This document shows, one piece after another, positions 28,135 to 43,476 of a DNA stretch of 64,000 nucleotides. The stretch comes from Octopus vulgaris. Lineage: Eukaryota. Both the position numbers and the translations under genes were made by a program. The notes under the pieces were generated by a model that saw only the letters and a list, made by a program, of their open reading frames with translations, was not told where the DNA came from and did no database searches. The first letter of the stretch is position 1. Each line of letters begins with the position of its first letter. Location of the stretch: the NCBI GenBank assembly GCA_951406725.2, contig OX597824.1, forward strand, positions 28,024,001 to 28,088,000, given 5' to 3'.

Positions 28135-28453
28135 TCTCTAGTTTCAGCTGAGAGCTGCAGCCATGCTGATGCACCGCCGCTTTGTGCTACACTGTTATTA
28201 CGAAGATTATATATATATATATATGAATAAATGTCAAGATAGAAAATGCTAAAATAATTTTATAAAAATCGTTTCAGTACCGGTTTCAGCCATTGAGACT
28301 TTTGCGACTATATATATGTAAAACAATGAAATTTTGGAAAAATTAAAAGAAAAGATTTAAAAAAAAAAAATTTCCATAGTGTCCAAACCCCAGTGGCGTT
28401 TTACTTGTCTCTGCCTGTCTCTGTCTTTCTTGTTTACTCTTGTGGGTTCGAGG

Positions 28454-28573
28454 AAGAAGAAGAAGAAGAAGAAGAAGAAGAAGAAGAAGAAGAAGAAGAA
28501 GAAGAAGAAGAAGAAGAAGAAGAAAAGAAGAAGAAGAAGAAGAAGAAGAAAAAGAAGAAGAAGAAGAAGAAGA
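28454..28573. repeat. (AAG)n microsatellite
   Basis: Directly visible. Confidence 0.95.
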
Positions 28574-30027
28574 ATGTGGGAGTGCCATGACAGTAGTATG
28601 TTAAATGGTCAACAGCCCGCTGTGGATGGTAGAGGAATGGTCAAGTGACCCGCTATGAATGGTAGTAGTAATTGTTAAATTTCTGAAATATCTCTTTCGA
28701 ATTTTTTGTTCATAAAATTTGCGTACGTGTTATTCTATATATATTCTATATATACATAAGTATATATAATATGCATATATATAATATATATATATAGAAG
28801 GTTTGGAGATGATGTACAGGTATTTTATATTAGAAGAAATGAGGTACTCAGAAATTCGGAAAGTTTTATATTTACGGATATTTATTTGTATACTACATGT
28901 TTTTATACATCATATATCATATATCATATATCAGATATTAGCGCTTCCGTCCATTCAAGTGGAGTTTTCGAATTGAACTGAGTATTTGGGGAAAATTTGA
29001 CCATTTTTCTAGTGTTATTGAGTGTGTAATGGTGGGGAGGTATATTAGATAGTACAAGAGGGTGCTGAATGGGGAGAAAGAGAGAGAGAGAGAGCATGCG
29101 TGTGTGTTTGTATGAGTGTGTGTATGTGTGTTTGTATCTGAAAGACTGTTAAAGAACAAGAAGGAAAGGAAGAAAAGGTAGAGAAAGAAGAAAAAATTGT
29201 TTTGTTGGTCTCTTTGTAGCTGGTCCAGATATTTACTCCAAGAGAGCATGTCACTTTTCCAAAAATTGTCTGGATTTCTTTTTTTATCATTGTCTAGTGA
29301 AAGACAGAGAGAGAGAGAGAGAGAGTATGTGTGTATGTGTGTGTGTGTGTGTGTGTTTGTTTCTGAAAGGGGTATTAAAGAAACAGAATGAAAGGAGGAA
29401 GAAGGGGAGAAATTTTGTTGATATCCTTGCAGTTGGTAGGTTTGTTCTTGGCTTACAGTGATTGTACATACAGCTACATATATACATTCAAAAATATCCT
29501 CTTGATGTTGTTTAAATTCCAATGAGGGAGCCATGAATCTAGGTTAGAAACTGGTTCTTTTGGTATCAGCAAGAGACCTTGACATAAGACTGACTAATGA
29601 CATACATACATTCATACATATATACTTATATACATATACACAAATAAATACATACATGCATGCAAACATACATTCACAGAGACATTCTTTGAATTCAATC
29701 ACATGGAGGAGTGCCTTGTACAGATTAATGGGTTATATTAAAAAAAGATCGATGTTCACGACAGGAAAGCTGGTTAATATTATGAACATGCAGAATCCAG
29801 AAGCAATGTCAACAGACATATATAAGCAATTATTGTCTTGATTCACTTGAGTAAGGTTGTTTAATAGTCCACAGAAAGACCCATGCAGGCTAATGCCACT
29901 GCGCCAAAGTAGCAACCTTTCAGAGATATTGCTTTTTAACTGTTTCATGTATGAAATTATAATCAGGCCTCACAGTTATAATATGATCCATAATCTAGAG
30001 AACTTAATGGAAGTAAATATTTACAGG

Positions 30028-30092
<65 letters not shown>

Positions 30093-30369
30093 GTGTTTTT
30101 GTGTTTGTCTGTCTATTTAGATAGATTGATACGTGTGTATTTAAGTGTGTATAAATATATATCAAATTCTCTCTTTCTCTCCTCACTCTGTGAGTGTGTG
30201 TTTGTGTATGTATGTATATAGACACACGAACTCAAACATGCGCACACGTTCACACCTATATGAACGAATGAACTTATGCAATTATGTACGTTATACAGTA
30301 GAGCGTAATATTTCAGCTGCATCAACTGAAATTTTAAAACAATGAAATTACAAACATACACAGGCGTGT

Positions 30370-30446
30370 AAATAATAATGATGATGATGACAATAATAAT
30401 AATAATAATAATAATGATATTAATAATAATAATAATAATAATAATG

Positions 30447-30486
<40 letters not shown>

Positions 30487-30647
30487 TGATAATAACAAGA
30501 ACAACAACAACAACAACAATAATATCAATAATCATAACGATGATGATATTGATGATGATGATGACGATGATGATGATAAGATTAACAATCATAATAATAA
30601 TATCGATGATGATGATAATGATAATAATAATGATGATTATGATGATG

Positions 30648-30707
<60 letters not shown>

Positions 30708-30718
30708 TTAATAATAAC

Positions 30719-30768
<50 letters not shown>

Positions 30769-30800
30769 CAACAACAACAACAACAATAATAATAATAATG
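30370..30800. repeat. (AAT)n/(ATG)n/(AAC)n compound microsatellite
   Basis: Directly visible. Confidence 0.95.
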
Positions 30801-31236
30801 ACTTCCTCTATATAACGTTATGCATATCAGTATGTTTCGGCTGAGCGTCTATTAAAATCTCATTAAAATGCCATTAAAGTTGATACGAGACCTCTAACAT
30901 TTTATTCTCTTCGATTAATGCGCACGTTCGTATGTTACTGTGAAGCTCGATGTAAATTAATAGCTCTGTGAGTATATTAAATGAATTAAATTCAAATAAA
31001 AATACTTTGCAAGATAATATTAATACAATCATTGATGTGTATATATGGAGTCACTTTAGTCAGTAATAATCACACGAACAAGCACTTATATCGGTTTTCT
31101 AGGTCCGGTTGTACATATTTATCCATATAAATTTAAAAGCCAATACCTTTTCTCTCTTACACACGTACATACGTGCATATCTATAAATGTGCGTGTGCGC
31201 CTTTGTGCATGCATAGACTTACAGACAAACACTAAT

Positions 31237-31305
<69 letters not shown>

Positions 31306-32952
31306 CATATTGATGTATATGTGTACATGTCTTTCTCTCTCTCTCTCTCTCACTATCTCACTCTCTCTCTCTCTATATATATATATATAAATATATACAT
31401 ACATATATACAATACGTATGTAACTCGTGCACACATAAACATATTTAGCTCTAACATGATATCTTCAATATAACTGTTGGTTACAAGGGTGAGTTTTTAT
31501 ATATCTGTATCCATGTATTTGTTCGTGCGCATGTGTGGGTATGAATATACGTTATATACTGATTGAGGATTGAATTCAAATTGTATATACTAAATTTTAT
31601 ATTCTTATCGATTATTCTATAATTCATTTTAAACCGACAACGAATACCACTTCATCAACCATAAATATTTCTACTTCTCTTCATAATAAACGGCGGTTGA
31701 AGTGCTGAGTTTTTTACTGCTAATTTATTGTTACCGCTTGTTTTATCGGCACATGAATGCCTCTGGTAAGATATTTGCTTCTCATCTACATGGTTCTAGG
31801 TGGTTCAGTACCACTTTGTTGCACTAACCACAGTCTTGGGAGTGGATTTCGTGGATGGAAACTGAAAGTAATTTTTTTAAAGTTTAGTATTTATTCAATT
31901 TTCTTTTGTTTTGCAGAAACGCATATTTCTGTAGACGTAAAAACACCTACATAGATTGTAAAGTGGTACAGGAGAACAGACAGAGGCTCAAAGACACACA
32001 CACACACACACTCATGTTCATGTATATATATATATATATATTCCGTTAGAAAACAGAGATCACAAATTAATTTAATTAATCAACATATTAACCGACAATT
32101 GTTTCATTTCTCAAATAAGATTAAAATTACAAACATATATAATAACATAATTTTGTATTTTAAATACCTTATAAGGAAAATCAGCAGCGTTTCAGAGGGC
32201 AATAATGATTACATTAGGATACTTACGAAAAGTACAGAAAAAGTATAAAATATCTAGATATATATATACTTTATTAAGAAGCAGCAAAAAATATCACAAC
32301 TATTTTAACTTAGACTTCCACATTTCCGTTCGTCGGACAGTTTTTGTTTAGATTCTGATTTTCTTAATTTCAATCTTTCTGATACCACTTGACGATAAGT
32401 TCGTAACATCGCCATTTAAGATGCTGATCTTTAGCACGTTGTTTTACTTTCAAATCCGGTATATCTTCCACAAAACAAAATACTAGTTCTCATCTGTTTT
32501 CTGGGTGAGTTTCACTGATCTCTCAGTTTTCAACGTGTAGAGCATCCTTAAAATGAGATTTGAAACCGTTAAATAATGTCAAATGGAAGATCATAGCATG
32601 AACATTGGGCATTTCTGTTTTAGGTATATAGAACACATTAGTTTTTTTACAATTTCTGCTTCTCGTTTGACCTAAAACATAACAATCTTAAACATAACAC
32701 GAGGTCGTTCTGTTTAAAATATTTGGATTCTGTATTTACAAACATGAGGCAGTGATGTAAAAGATCCAAACGAGGAATGTCATTATGAGAGCATATTTGA
32801 AATGAGGCACTTCGAGATGGGATCTGAGCGAACGTTATAATCGCAAAATACCGAAAGTACGATTTCCGCTGAGCCAGACATGTCGCAAGGTTCACATTTG
32901 GAAAACGCTATTTGGAAGGCCTATACAACGATGGGGAGACTATCCAATTAAG

Positions 32953-33007
32953 CAAGTTGGGTCGTCAAGATAGGGAAAAAATATCATCATCAAAACAAAA
33001 GTAGAAG

Positions 33008-33060
<53 letters not shown>

Positions 33061-33363
33061 TATAGTTACGTCGGACTTGTTTCAGTTTCCGTCTACCAAA
33101 TCCACTCACAAAGCTTTGGTCGGCATAAGGCTATAGGAGAAGACACTTGCCCAAGGTGCCACGCAGTAGCACTGAACCTGGAACGATGTGGTTGGTAAGC
33201 AAGCCACTTACCACAGAGCCACTCCTGAGCTTATGAAGTGAAGGAAGATATGGCTCTGAGCATTTCGTCTGGTGCGGTAACGATTCTGCCAGCTCGCTGC
33301 ATATTTAGCTTCTACTTTTGTTTTGATGGTGATATTCTTTTCCTATCTTGACGACCCAACTTG
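32953..33363. repeat. 58-bp inverted repeat enclosing (TA)n and SINE fragments
   Basis: 32953-33010 versus reverse complement of 33306-33363: 3 mismatches by eye. Confidence 0.85.
33065..33230 (-). mobile_element. SINE B, 5' half
   Basis: TTTCAGTTTCCGTCTACCAAATCCACTCACAA..GAAGACACTTGCCCAAGGTGCCACGCAGT matches the reverse complement of the family. Confidence 0.85.
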
Positions 33364-33543
33364 TAAAAGTGTAAAAGAATGGTAAAAGAGTAAGACTCAT
33401 GCTATATTATAGCATCTTATGGTCTGGTCGACAGTGTGATGCTGCGATACAGCGAGGCTTCTTTCGCGAAATGTGGAACAAATAAAACGGGATTAAATAT
33501 ATATTTAAGACTGAATATTTTGAAGAAATATGCCCGAACAATG

Positions 33544-33607
<64 letters not shown>

Positions 33608-34439
33608 TTTAGTATATGTAAAATATATATTTAATCTATAATAATTTGTCCCACAAAAAGTATTGTGGCTTTCCACACCCGAATAGGCTGTATGTTTCCA
33701 ATTTTACATAAAAAGCAGTCGTTAGAAGAACAGGTGTTACGAAACGCTACAGTGGTAACGGAGGAAATAAAATTGTGACTACCATAATACTCTGTTCCAC
33801 AGAAATGATTGTCGCCTTCTTTTCACGCCTCAATAGGCTGTATGTTTCCAAGTTTAAACAGAAATATGGTACTCGATATATTACGAAACATAATAGTATT
33901 TCATAACAGGCGAAATAACATTCTGTCTTCACAAACAACATTGAGTGTTTATGATCAATATATTTTTCAAATAGAATCGGACAATCATCATTGACGACAA
34001 AAAGAAAAAAATGTATATGCTACAATGATTATTAATCATTGTACTCTTTGGTACTCGAGCCCAACACAAGAAATTTAAGAACATTGAAAAACGTCAGGGA
34101 AACAGTAACAAATGAAGAACTAGTAGGCTTTTATTTCTCTTTCTCTTCATTCAGTTAGATAGTTGCGGCCCTGATGGGGTATCGCCATATATCTACTTTA
34201 AGAGGAATCATTGCCTGACATTAGAATTACATATAGAAGAAAACCCGAATATTTTTTTGAATGAGCTATCAAGTACATAAAATACTATATGATTTGTGGG
34301 CACACATTTACTTTTTTCTTCTTTCAAATCATAAGTATATAGAGGTGTATATGTGTGTATGCACGCACACGCGCCGCGAGCACACACACACATGTAAACA
34401 TCTAACCATACACACGCACATGCACATATATATCTATAT

Positions 34440-34685
34440 TTTTTTTATTTGTTTCAGTCATTTGACTGCGGCCATGTTAGAGCATCGCTTTTAGTCTAAC
34501 AAATCGATCCCAGAACTAATTCTTTGTGAGCCTAGTACTTATTCTTTCGGTGTATTTTGCCGAACTGCTAAGTTACGGGGAGGTAAACACACCAGCACGT
34601 TAACACTTCGTTGTCAAGCATTGGTGCTGGAACAAAGAGAGACACATAAGCACACACAAATACATACACACGCACAAACACACAA

Positions 34686-34749
<64 letters not shown>

Positions 34750-34900
34750 GGTAGGCTTCTTTCAATTTCCGTCTACCAGTTCCAATCACAAAACTTTGTT
34801 CGGCCCGAGGTTGTAGTACAATTTACCTGCTCAATGTCCCACGCAGTGGGACTGAAGTCGTACTCCTGTGGTTGGTAACCAGACCGTCACGCCTGCGCCT
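34440..34900 (-). mobile_element. SINE B, full length with internal microsatellite
   Basis: Both halves are collinear with 54565-54950 in reverse orientation. Confidence 0.8.
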
Positions 34901-34920
34901 ATGTGCGTGTCTGTGTATGC

Positions 34921-35003
<83 letters not shown>

Positions 35004-35056
35004 CATATATATATGTATATATATAGAGAGACAGATAGATAGACAGACAGACAGAC

Positions 35057-35090
<34 letters not shown>

Positions 35091-35091
35091 G

Positions 35092-35122
<31 letters not shown>

Positions 35123-35897
35123 GTAGATAAATAGATAGATCAATGCAAGCACACAACAATTGCACACAAACGAAAACACACACACGTGTATATCTACCTA
35201 TATATATTTATAGAAAACCGCATGACAATAAATCTGTATAGTACATTGACATTAGTCAACATAAACACAGTTAAATAAAAACCAATCTCCAAGCGTCGGT
35301 CGCCATTTAATACAGTCAAGATGAAGTTTCATTAGATATATAGCTCAATTTAACACTTGTCTTCCCTGGAGACCTGGTTCGCTATATTAATCTAATTTTC
35401 AAATTCCACTGCCGATTATAACAATGTTGTGACTTCAGTATCAGAACTTTCTCGAAAAACTAAATTTACCATTTAATTCTGCTATTTATAAATATATGTG
35501 TGTGTCTGTTAGGAGTGTGTGTTCTCTGTTTCTGATAACTGTTCAGCCCGCAGTGAAATATATATGTATATATATATATATATACATCTACATATATATA
35601 CACATATATATAGCTATATATATACACATATATATAGCTATATATATATGTATGTATTTTGCTATTGATTATGGTTTATAAGAAAATATATAAATTAAAT
35701 AAATACGTTTGAGACGGAATATTTTAAAGAAATATTTAGATGCCCGAGTAACTATGTATGTATGTATGTGCATCTACAAACTATACATACATTCTTAATA
35801 CTTCCATATGCACATATAAATGCATAAATATTTATTTATATATATACGTATTCATATACATATATTTGTACTTTTATATATGTGTATGAGTGAACTA

Positions 35898-35975
<78 letters not shown>

Positions 35976-36174
35976 GCATATATTCACACAAACCACACAC
36001 ACACACATTTACACACGTACATATATAGATAGATTTGTATGTGTAAAATATTTAATACTTAGTCGTTTGTCCATCAAAATATATTCTGCTTCGGCTATGG
36101 CTCATCTGGAACTGTTTTATAAATATCCACATACACGTGCATAAGTATGTGTGTCTTCATACATATATACATAT

Positions 36175-36410
36175 ATAGTCAATCCAAATATGAAAAAAGC
36201 AAGAAAAAACAACAATGTGGGGACGTGGAATAAGCACAGTGTGTTCGGACGCTCAGGAAAGCAAAGAAAAGAAAGAGGATTCCACGTTTCGAGCGGAGCT
36301 CTTCATCAGAAATATAGAAAAAGTCCAAAGAAGAGGAGAGAGAGAAAGAATATTGCCAACAACACACACGTGATCACATATTGAAATGAACGGAAGGGAA
36401 TGGGTGAAGA
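36175..36410 (-). mobile_element. PLE pLTR-like fragment carrying a minimal hammerhead
   Basis: Contains the HHR at 36280-36312. 36175-36265 recurs at about 42808-42900 inside (TA)n. Confidence 0.6.
36280..36312 (-). ncRNA. Minimal hammerhead motif with non-canonical cleavage triplet (GUG)
   Basis: Minus strand: UUU-CUGAUGA-A-GAGC-UCC-GCUC-GAAAC-GUG-GAA. Confidence 0.65.
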
Positions 36411-36726
36411 AAAAATTCTTTGAAAGACAGGAGAGCGCAAGAGAAGAAGATATGTGTGTGTATGTTGTGGATATCTGCGCGCGCGCAGGTTTGTGTGTGT
36501 GTGGCTGTTTATGTATGTGTGTGGTTAGGCTTTGTATCGTTTAAGGTCATAGGAAGAATTTATAGTAAGAATTTTGGTAGAAGTGGCTGCCTGTTGTGTG
36601 CCTACATACACATGTGCGTAGGAGAATGGTCAGTAGAAAGGTACTGGTAGTTTAAAGTATGTGTGTGTGCGTGTATGTATATGTAGTGTGTATGTGTTCT
36701 GTTTGCAGTATGTGTGTGCACGTGTG

Positions 36727-36764
<38 letters not shown>

Positions 36765-36769
<5 letters not shown>

Positions 36770-36882
36770 ATATGTTACATTTACTCAATAGTCAAGATAA
36801 AACTCTGAGTTTCAGATGCCGAAGTGGAAATCCACATAATATTGAGGTCTCTTTCTTTCTTTTGTTATCTTACCGTTTTTAC

Positions 36883-36890
<8 letters not shown>
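36765..36890. mobile_element. Short inverted-fusion remnant of the 45160-45517 HHR family, in (TA)n
   Basis: GATAAAACTCTGAGTTTCAGATGCCGAAGTGGAAATCCAC matches 45268-45308. The following ATAATATTGAGGTCTC..TCTTACCGTTTTT matches the reverse complement of about 45165-45215. Confidence 0.7.
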
Positions 36891-36981
<91 letters not shown>

Positions 36982-39208
36982 GTATGTATATATATATACA
37001 TACATACACGCAAACATACATACATACATGCATACATACAAACATACATACAAACATGCATACATACGTACACACATACATGCGTGCATACACACTCTAT
37101 GTGTATAGTGTTGCAAAAGCAAGCAGAAAATGTATACAGGATGTGTTTCACAACGAGGCAGAAAAGGACAAGGTTCTCTGATGATGCGAATATATTTCTC
37201 GGTCAGAGCATATCTTTGTAGACTTACCTATATGTTATTCACCCTAGATTTTTCTTGACAACAGATATATCTATAGAATTGTTTGGTTTTCTTGTTAATG
37301 CCTACGAAACTGTAGTGCTCAGAATGAGAAATTTGAGCAACCTCCAGGATATAAAATATCTGAGCAGAATATTTAAATTCCACAATCGTCTATAAAATAA
37401 GAAATAGCAAAATAAGAACTTGCTTACTAATGTTTGGGAGAAGGTTTGAATGTCTACTAAAACAAGCAATCTTTGGTCGCAATGCTCTGCCAATCACCGC
37501 ACATTTTGTACCGTCTGATATAGTATAAAATCATGTCTTCCCAAATGAGTTCAAATTATTTTTCGAAATTTCTATTGGTAAAATTCAAAATTCAAAATAT
37601 TAGTTTGGGAATTGTTACCTGTCGATAATTTGCTTTTGCTTTTACAACAATTGCAAAAGAAAGAGAGAAGGTCTTGTGATAATGGCAATTGGCAAAAAAT
37701 TCCAAAAGAATGGCTTTGGTGATTAACTGATGACTTTACAGAAATATTTTAACATTGGAACGAATAATGTTTACTCCGCTATACAAATTTAAACCGTTAT
37801 CTGTCCTTTGTATCACATATTTTCATGGCATGCGACCGTTGTATATGATACAAATTTCCAGTTAATTCACCGTCAATATAACTTGAGACTCATGAAAGCC
37901 TTGTATTATTCATAACATGAAACAAGGCTTAATTAATTTGGAAAACCAGCGTGGGCGTTTAACAGAAATTTATAGAAAAGGTTTTGACAGGTACAGCTTT
38001 AAACACTAAAAAATTAATTCATTAGAAAATAGGATGCAAAAAATGGGCCAATAGAATTCGTAAGTGGTAATCAGAAACTATTATATGGAAAATGAAGTCA
38101 GTAAAATTAGTTAGAGTAATACTGCAAGGAATTTTATCTGGAGTCTTTCCAATTCTCGGAATTGAATCAATTAATCTAATAAATATATTTAAAAGAAATA
38201 TTTTTTGAAGTGAAGCTCTGGCTTTGCATATTAGAAATATATCCCATATATTTGAGCATGGTGTTTGAAGAAAAATCGGTATAACTTGACACATAATACA
38301 GGTATTTCTTCTTATATTAAGACGTTAAACAGCCCAAACTAGACTCAATAAATTAAATACTAGTAGCACATATCCGTTAATATAATTAGCTATTTACTTC
38401 AAGTGGGTGCATTTTCATGGTCACGATATAATGTCGGATACAAATAACAGATTACATGTAAACATAAAATCCATTTCACTGACGTAGTGATACAAACAAG
38501 TTGAAAGAACAACGGTTCTTCCGTTTCTCACAAACTATATTCGTCCTTCGTTCTTTCCTCTGCCCTCCCCTTCGATCACGCTCGAAATTTATATTCTTAA
38601 TTCCTTCATCACATCACTATATCACTCAGTCCACAATTTTTACGTTTCCTACTTCTCTCAAACTCTCACCATCCAGTTTTACATATGCACGCGCACATAT
38701 GAATCTACACATTGTATACTTACATACTCTGCGTATATTATATATAAGCGTATTTTTGTATGTGTCTGAGAAGAAGAGAGAGTGTGTATAGGAAAATATG
38801 TATGTATGTGTACACGTATGCATATGACATATGTATATATATTCTCAGCAACAGTTGAACAATTGGTTCATAATAATTCATTGCCAAGGGGGTTTCAGTA
38901 TACACCCTCAAAAGAGAAATACATGCATACAAACAAACATAGATATATTTATGTATTGACAATCATTCAGCCATTTACGCATCTCCGTATGAACCAAACC
39001 ACAATTACGAGTATTCAAATATTCATATACATATGTGCCAAGACATACTAGTGGAGATATATTCAGAATATGGATACAAATACCAACAGTTTAGCACAGC
39101 GTAACTGTGCACGTAAATATAGAAATATGCACATAAACATAGGATGCAATTTTGCATCTTTCTATGGAGGCTCTTTGCTTGATTTAAACACGCAAAAAAT
39201 GTATGTGC

Positions 39209-39317
<109 letters not shown>

Positions 39318-39613
39318 CATATTTATATATTTATATGCATGTATATATATGTGTATAAATATATATATATATACATACATGTATACAAACAGCGCATGCG
39401 TGTGTGTTCGCATGTTTTCTGTATGTCTTGTATATCTTGGTGTATTTCCACAATCATCTTCACCTTTATTTGCAAAATAACATTGATTTATGTAAATGCA
39501 TATACATATAGATATATATACATATATGTATACAAATATATGTATGTGTGTAAATGTATATGTATATATATATACATACACACAAACTCACACACACAAA
39601 GAAGCACACACAA

Positions 39614-39661
<48 letters not shown>

Positions 39662-39729
39662 GTATATATAAATACATACTTCCACACAAATAAACATACG
39701 CATGTGCAATATTTATTTAAAAAAAACAT

Positions 39730-39793
<64 letters not shown>

Positions 39794-40405
39794 AATATAT
39801 GAATATATATATATATGTGTGTGTATGTATCTATCTATACACTAAGATATATATAGATATTTATATCTATATACTTATATATATATATATGCATACATAC
39901 ACATACTCGCACAAAGACACACACACACAAACACACACACACACACATATATACATTCCTCCGCTTTTGCTCACACATACACGCACACCCACTCTCTCTC
40001 TCTCAAACACATACACACAAAAATGCGTACGTTATATGTAAACAGGAGCAGCTGTAACCCTTTAGAGCTATTGACACTAACCTGAATGAAGATTCATTTG
40101 CAAGCAGTCAACTATCTAACGATGGCAATTGATGCAAACAATGAAGATAGCATGGTGTGTGTTGTAAATCTAGTTTACATTCGTTGCTAGAGTACAGAGA
40201 ACAGCATTGAGAGAAAGCTTCATCTATTAGCCGAGCATTCCTAGCTGAATACTATTGAATTGAAAATTGCAACAGTTCAATAGATATAACAATAGGGTTA
40301 TAATCAACCTTGCGTTATTATCGCGTTCTGACAATATATACCGGAAGCTCTCTTACTTTAGTCTTGGCTTCCAGAAGTTAGGTGTAGGTGTGGATATGCA
40401 CACAC

Positions 40406-40440
<35 letters not shown>

Positions 40441-40499
40441 TATGTATGTATGTATGTATATATATATACATAATTATATATATATACAAACATATATAT

Positions 40500-40538
<39 letters not shown>

Positions 40539-40552
40539 CATTTATATATATT

Positions 40553-40589
<37 letters not shown>

Positions 40590-40780
40590 GTATGTATGCG
40601 TGTGTGTCTGTGTGTATGCGTACACATACATACCCGCGTATATGGTCACGTGTGCTTCTATATTGCGCATGCGAAAATGAAACACACGTAGCACTCAGTG
40701 AAGCTGCGAATAGCATTCATTACAATTGTATGCATTTGGAATATATATATATATATATACACACATATGTGTGTGTGCAC

Positions 40781-40814
<34 letters not shown>

Positions 40815-41296
40815 TGTTGAGTGGGTGTGCATCTATGGTTGCATGCATATATGTGTGTGTATATATGTTTATATATATTATAAATATATGTTTATGTATG
40901 TATATATATTATAAATATACTTATATATATAAATGTGTGTATGTACGTATATATACACACCTGCATATATATACATATGTATGTATATACCTGCATATAT
41001 ATATACATATAAATATATATGTATAAATATATAACAAAGTGTAGTTGTAGGGTACCGCACGAAGGAATTATATACGAAAGAAGGTTTGTATAAATATATA
41101 TATATATGTTTTATACATACATGTTTATGTACATATATATATATGTATCTATATATACATAACCATAAGTAAGTTTATGGATATATCTACATGTATATAT
41201 ACACCATACGCGTATATGTTTTTGTCTTTGAGCATGTATGTATATGTATATGAGTCTAAGTTTCCACAGAGATGTAACAGCTACTACAGCAGCAAC

Positions 41297-41358
<62 letters not shown>

Positions 41359-41422
41359 CAGCATCGGTGTTTTGCACCGACGGTTTTGTTGCACCTAATA
41401 TTAGAATCCATGATGATGATGG

Positions 41423-41466
<44 letters not shown>

Positions 41467-41832
41467 GTGACGTTGATGATGATCGTGGTATTGATGTTGC
41501 TGTTTGTGGTGATGGTGGTTTTGTTGTTGACGATGATGATGATGGTGGTGATGATGTTGATGAAGAGGGGATGAGAATTAGGGAGGATTATGAGAAGACG
41601 GAGGATGTGCACGGGGATCATAATGACCATCATCATCACACTCGTTGCCTTTACCGACATCATCATTATTATCATCTTTGAGTCGTCGTCATCTGGCCTT
41701 TCTTGTTGTCGTTCTGGTGTCTGTAGTTTTCTAATACCCTTTCGACTCACATTCAAAATCTTACCCTTTATATCTGTTATTTTTCTATGGTAAAGCTTAT
41801 ATGTATGTATGCATGCATGTATGTATGTATAT

Positions 41833-42148
41833 GTGAAGGCGCGTGGCTTAGTGGTTAGGGCATTCGGCTCACGATGGTAAGGTCGTGAGTTCAGTTCCCG
41901 CCGACGAGTTGTCTCCTTGAGCAAGACACTTTATTTCACATTGCTCCAGCTGGCAAAATGAATTGTACCTGTATTTCAAAAGAGCCGGCCTAGTCACACT
42001 TTGTGTCACGCTAAATATCCCTGAGAACTACGTTAGGGGTTCGCGTGTCTGTGGATTGCTGAGTCATTTGCACGTTAATTTCATGAGCAGGCTGTTCCAT
42101 TGATCGTATCAGCTGGGACCCTCGGTGTCGTAACCGACGGAGTGCTCC
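41833..42148 (+). mobile_element. SINE family C2 (tRNA head, CORE-like CCTTGAGCAAGACACTT, C-type tail)
   Basis: GGCGCGTGGCTTAGTGGTTAG A-box and GAGTTCAGTTCC B-box. The 3' part is shared with 12446-12640 and the 5' part with 53700-53832. Inserted in (ATGT)n. Confidence 0.85.
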
Positions 42149-42720
42149 TTTTTATGTATGTATGTATGTATGTATGTATGTATGTATGTATGTATGTATG
42201 TATGTATGTATGTATGTATGTATATATGTATGTATGAATGCATGTATGTATGTATGCTACGTTGCTTTTATTACTTTTAAAACAATAAAAAGTATTTTCT
42301 GACGATTTGGACCATAATTTACAATGATAACTACGATTTTACGTTTTACATCATATTCGGGCATTAAATTTTAACATTATACTCGTATGCGTGATAGTAA
42401 TGTTGAAGAAGTAGGTATCTACACAAGAATAACCCATATTTAGTTAATGAATGCCATATTGCTGATCGGCAGATCACTCAAATTGACACACGGATTAATT
42501 AAATGAATACGTTGTTTTCTTAATTAAGAAGCATCAGCATGAGGTCCATGTGAATCAGCTTAAGTATCCTTCTCTTTTTACACACGCAGACTAATTTTCC
42601 GAAGGTATTCAAAAACACACACACACCCACAAACATACTTACACACATGCATACACGTATGAAATTGTAATTCTTAAAGTTGACGGAAAGCAATCAGAGG
42701 TACGTTAGTGTAAAGGTAGC

Positions 42721-42813
<93 letters not shown>

Positions 42814-42895
42814 ATCAAAACAAGAAAGCACAAAAAAAACAACAAGGCGAGGACGTGGAACAAATATAGTATTATTGGACGCTCAGGAAAGAAGG

Positions 42896-42969
<74 letters not shown>

Positions 42970-43058
42970 ATATATATATATTCTCAAACGCAGGTTGGTG
43001 CTAATAATATAACCTTAACAGGATAAGCTAAACCCTATTTTGCAGAAAAAGTGGTGGC

Positions 43059-43134
43059 GGCTGGCTATGACACTCGAACTCACACCTCCGTGATTACGCG
43101 TCAGGGTACTCTGAACCAATTAAGCTAAACCAGT
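43059..43134 (-). pseudogene. tRNA-like sequence (Thr-CGT-like pseudogene or SINE head)
   Basis: Minus strand: ACTGGTT TAGCTTAATTGGTTCAGAGTA CCCTGA CGCGTAA TCACG GAGGT GTGAGTTCGAGTGTCAT AGCCAGC. Cloverleaf spacing, but with stem mismatches and a non-canonical anticodon loop. Confidence 0.55.
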
Positions 43135-43238
43135 TTAGCTTAAAATCGCTTCTTTAACTTTCGAATAGAGCTCAACGCTTCTAAATCAAATTCGTTTGTT
43201 TACATTCATCGTAATTTGAATGTACATACATACATACA

Positions 43239-43320
<82 letters not shown>

Positions 43321-43395
43321 CATGTATATACGTATGAATATGTATCTATGTATCTACGTGCTTATGCATACTTATATATGTATATATATATTAAG

Positions 43396-43476
<81 letters not shown>

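Noticed and set aside
29515-29560. HHR-like CCAATGA..AGCC/GGTT..GAAAC-TG-GTT
   Set aside because: Two core mismatches and no convincing stem I; at best a relic.
32290-32345. Minus-strand ACTGT-CCGACGA-ACGG..GAAGT hammerhead-like relic
   Set aside because: Both core segments are mutated; cannot be supported from this copy alone.
37300-38300. Possible decayed Helitron helicase or other transposase (IPRI motif)
   Set aside because: A single short motif with no collinear helicase motifs found.
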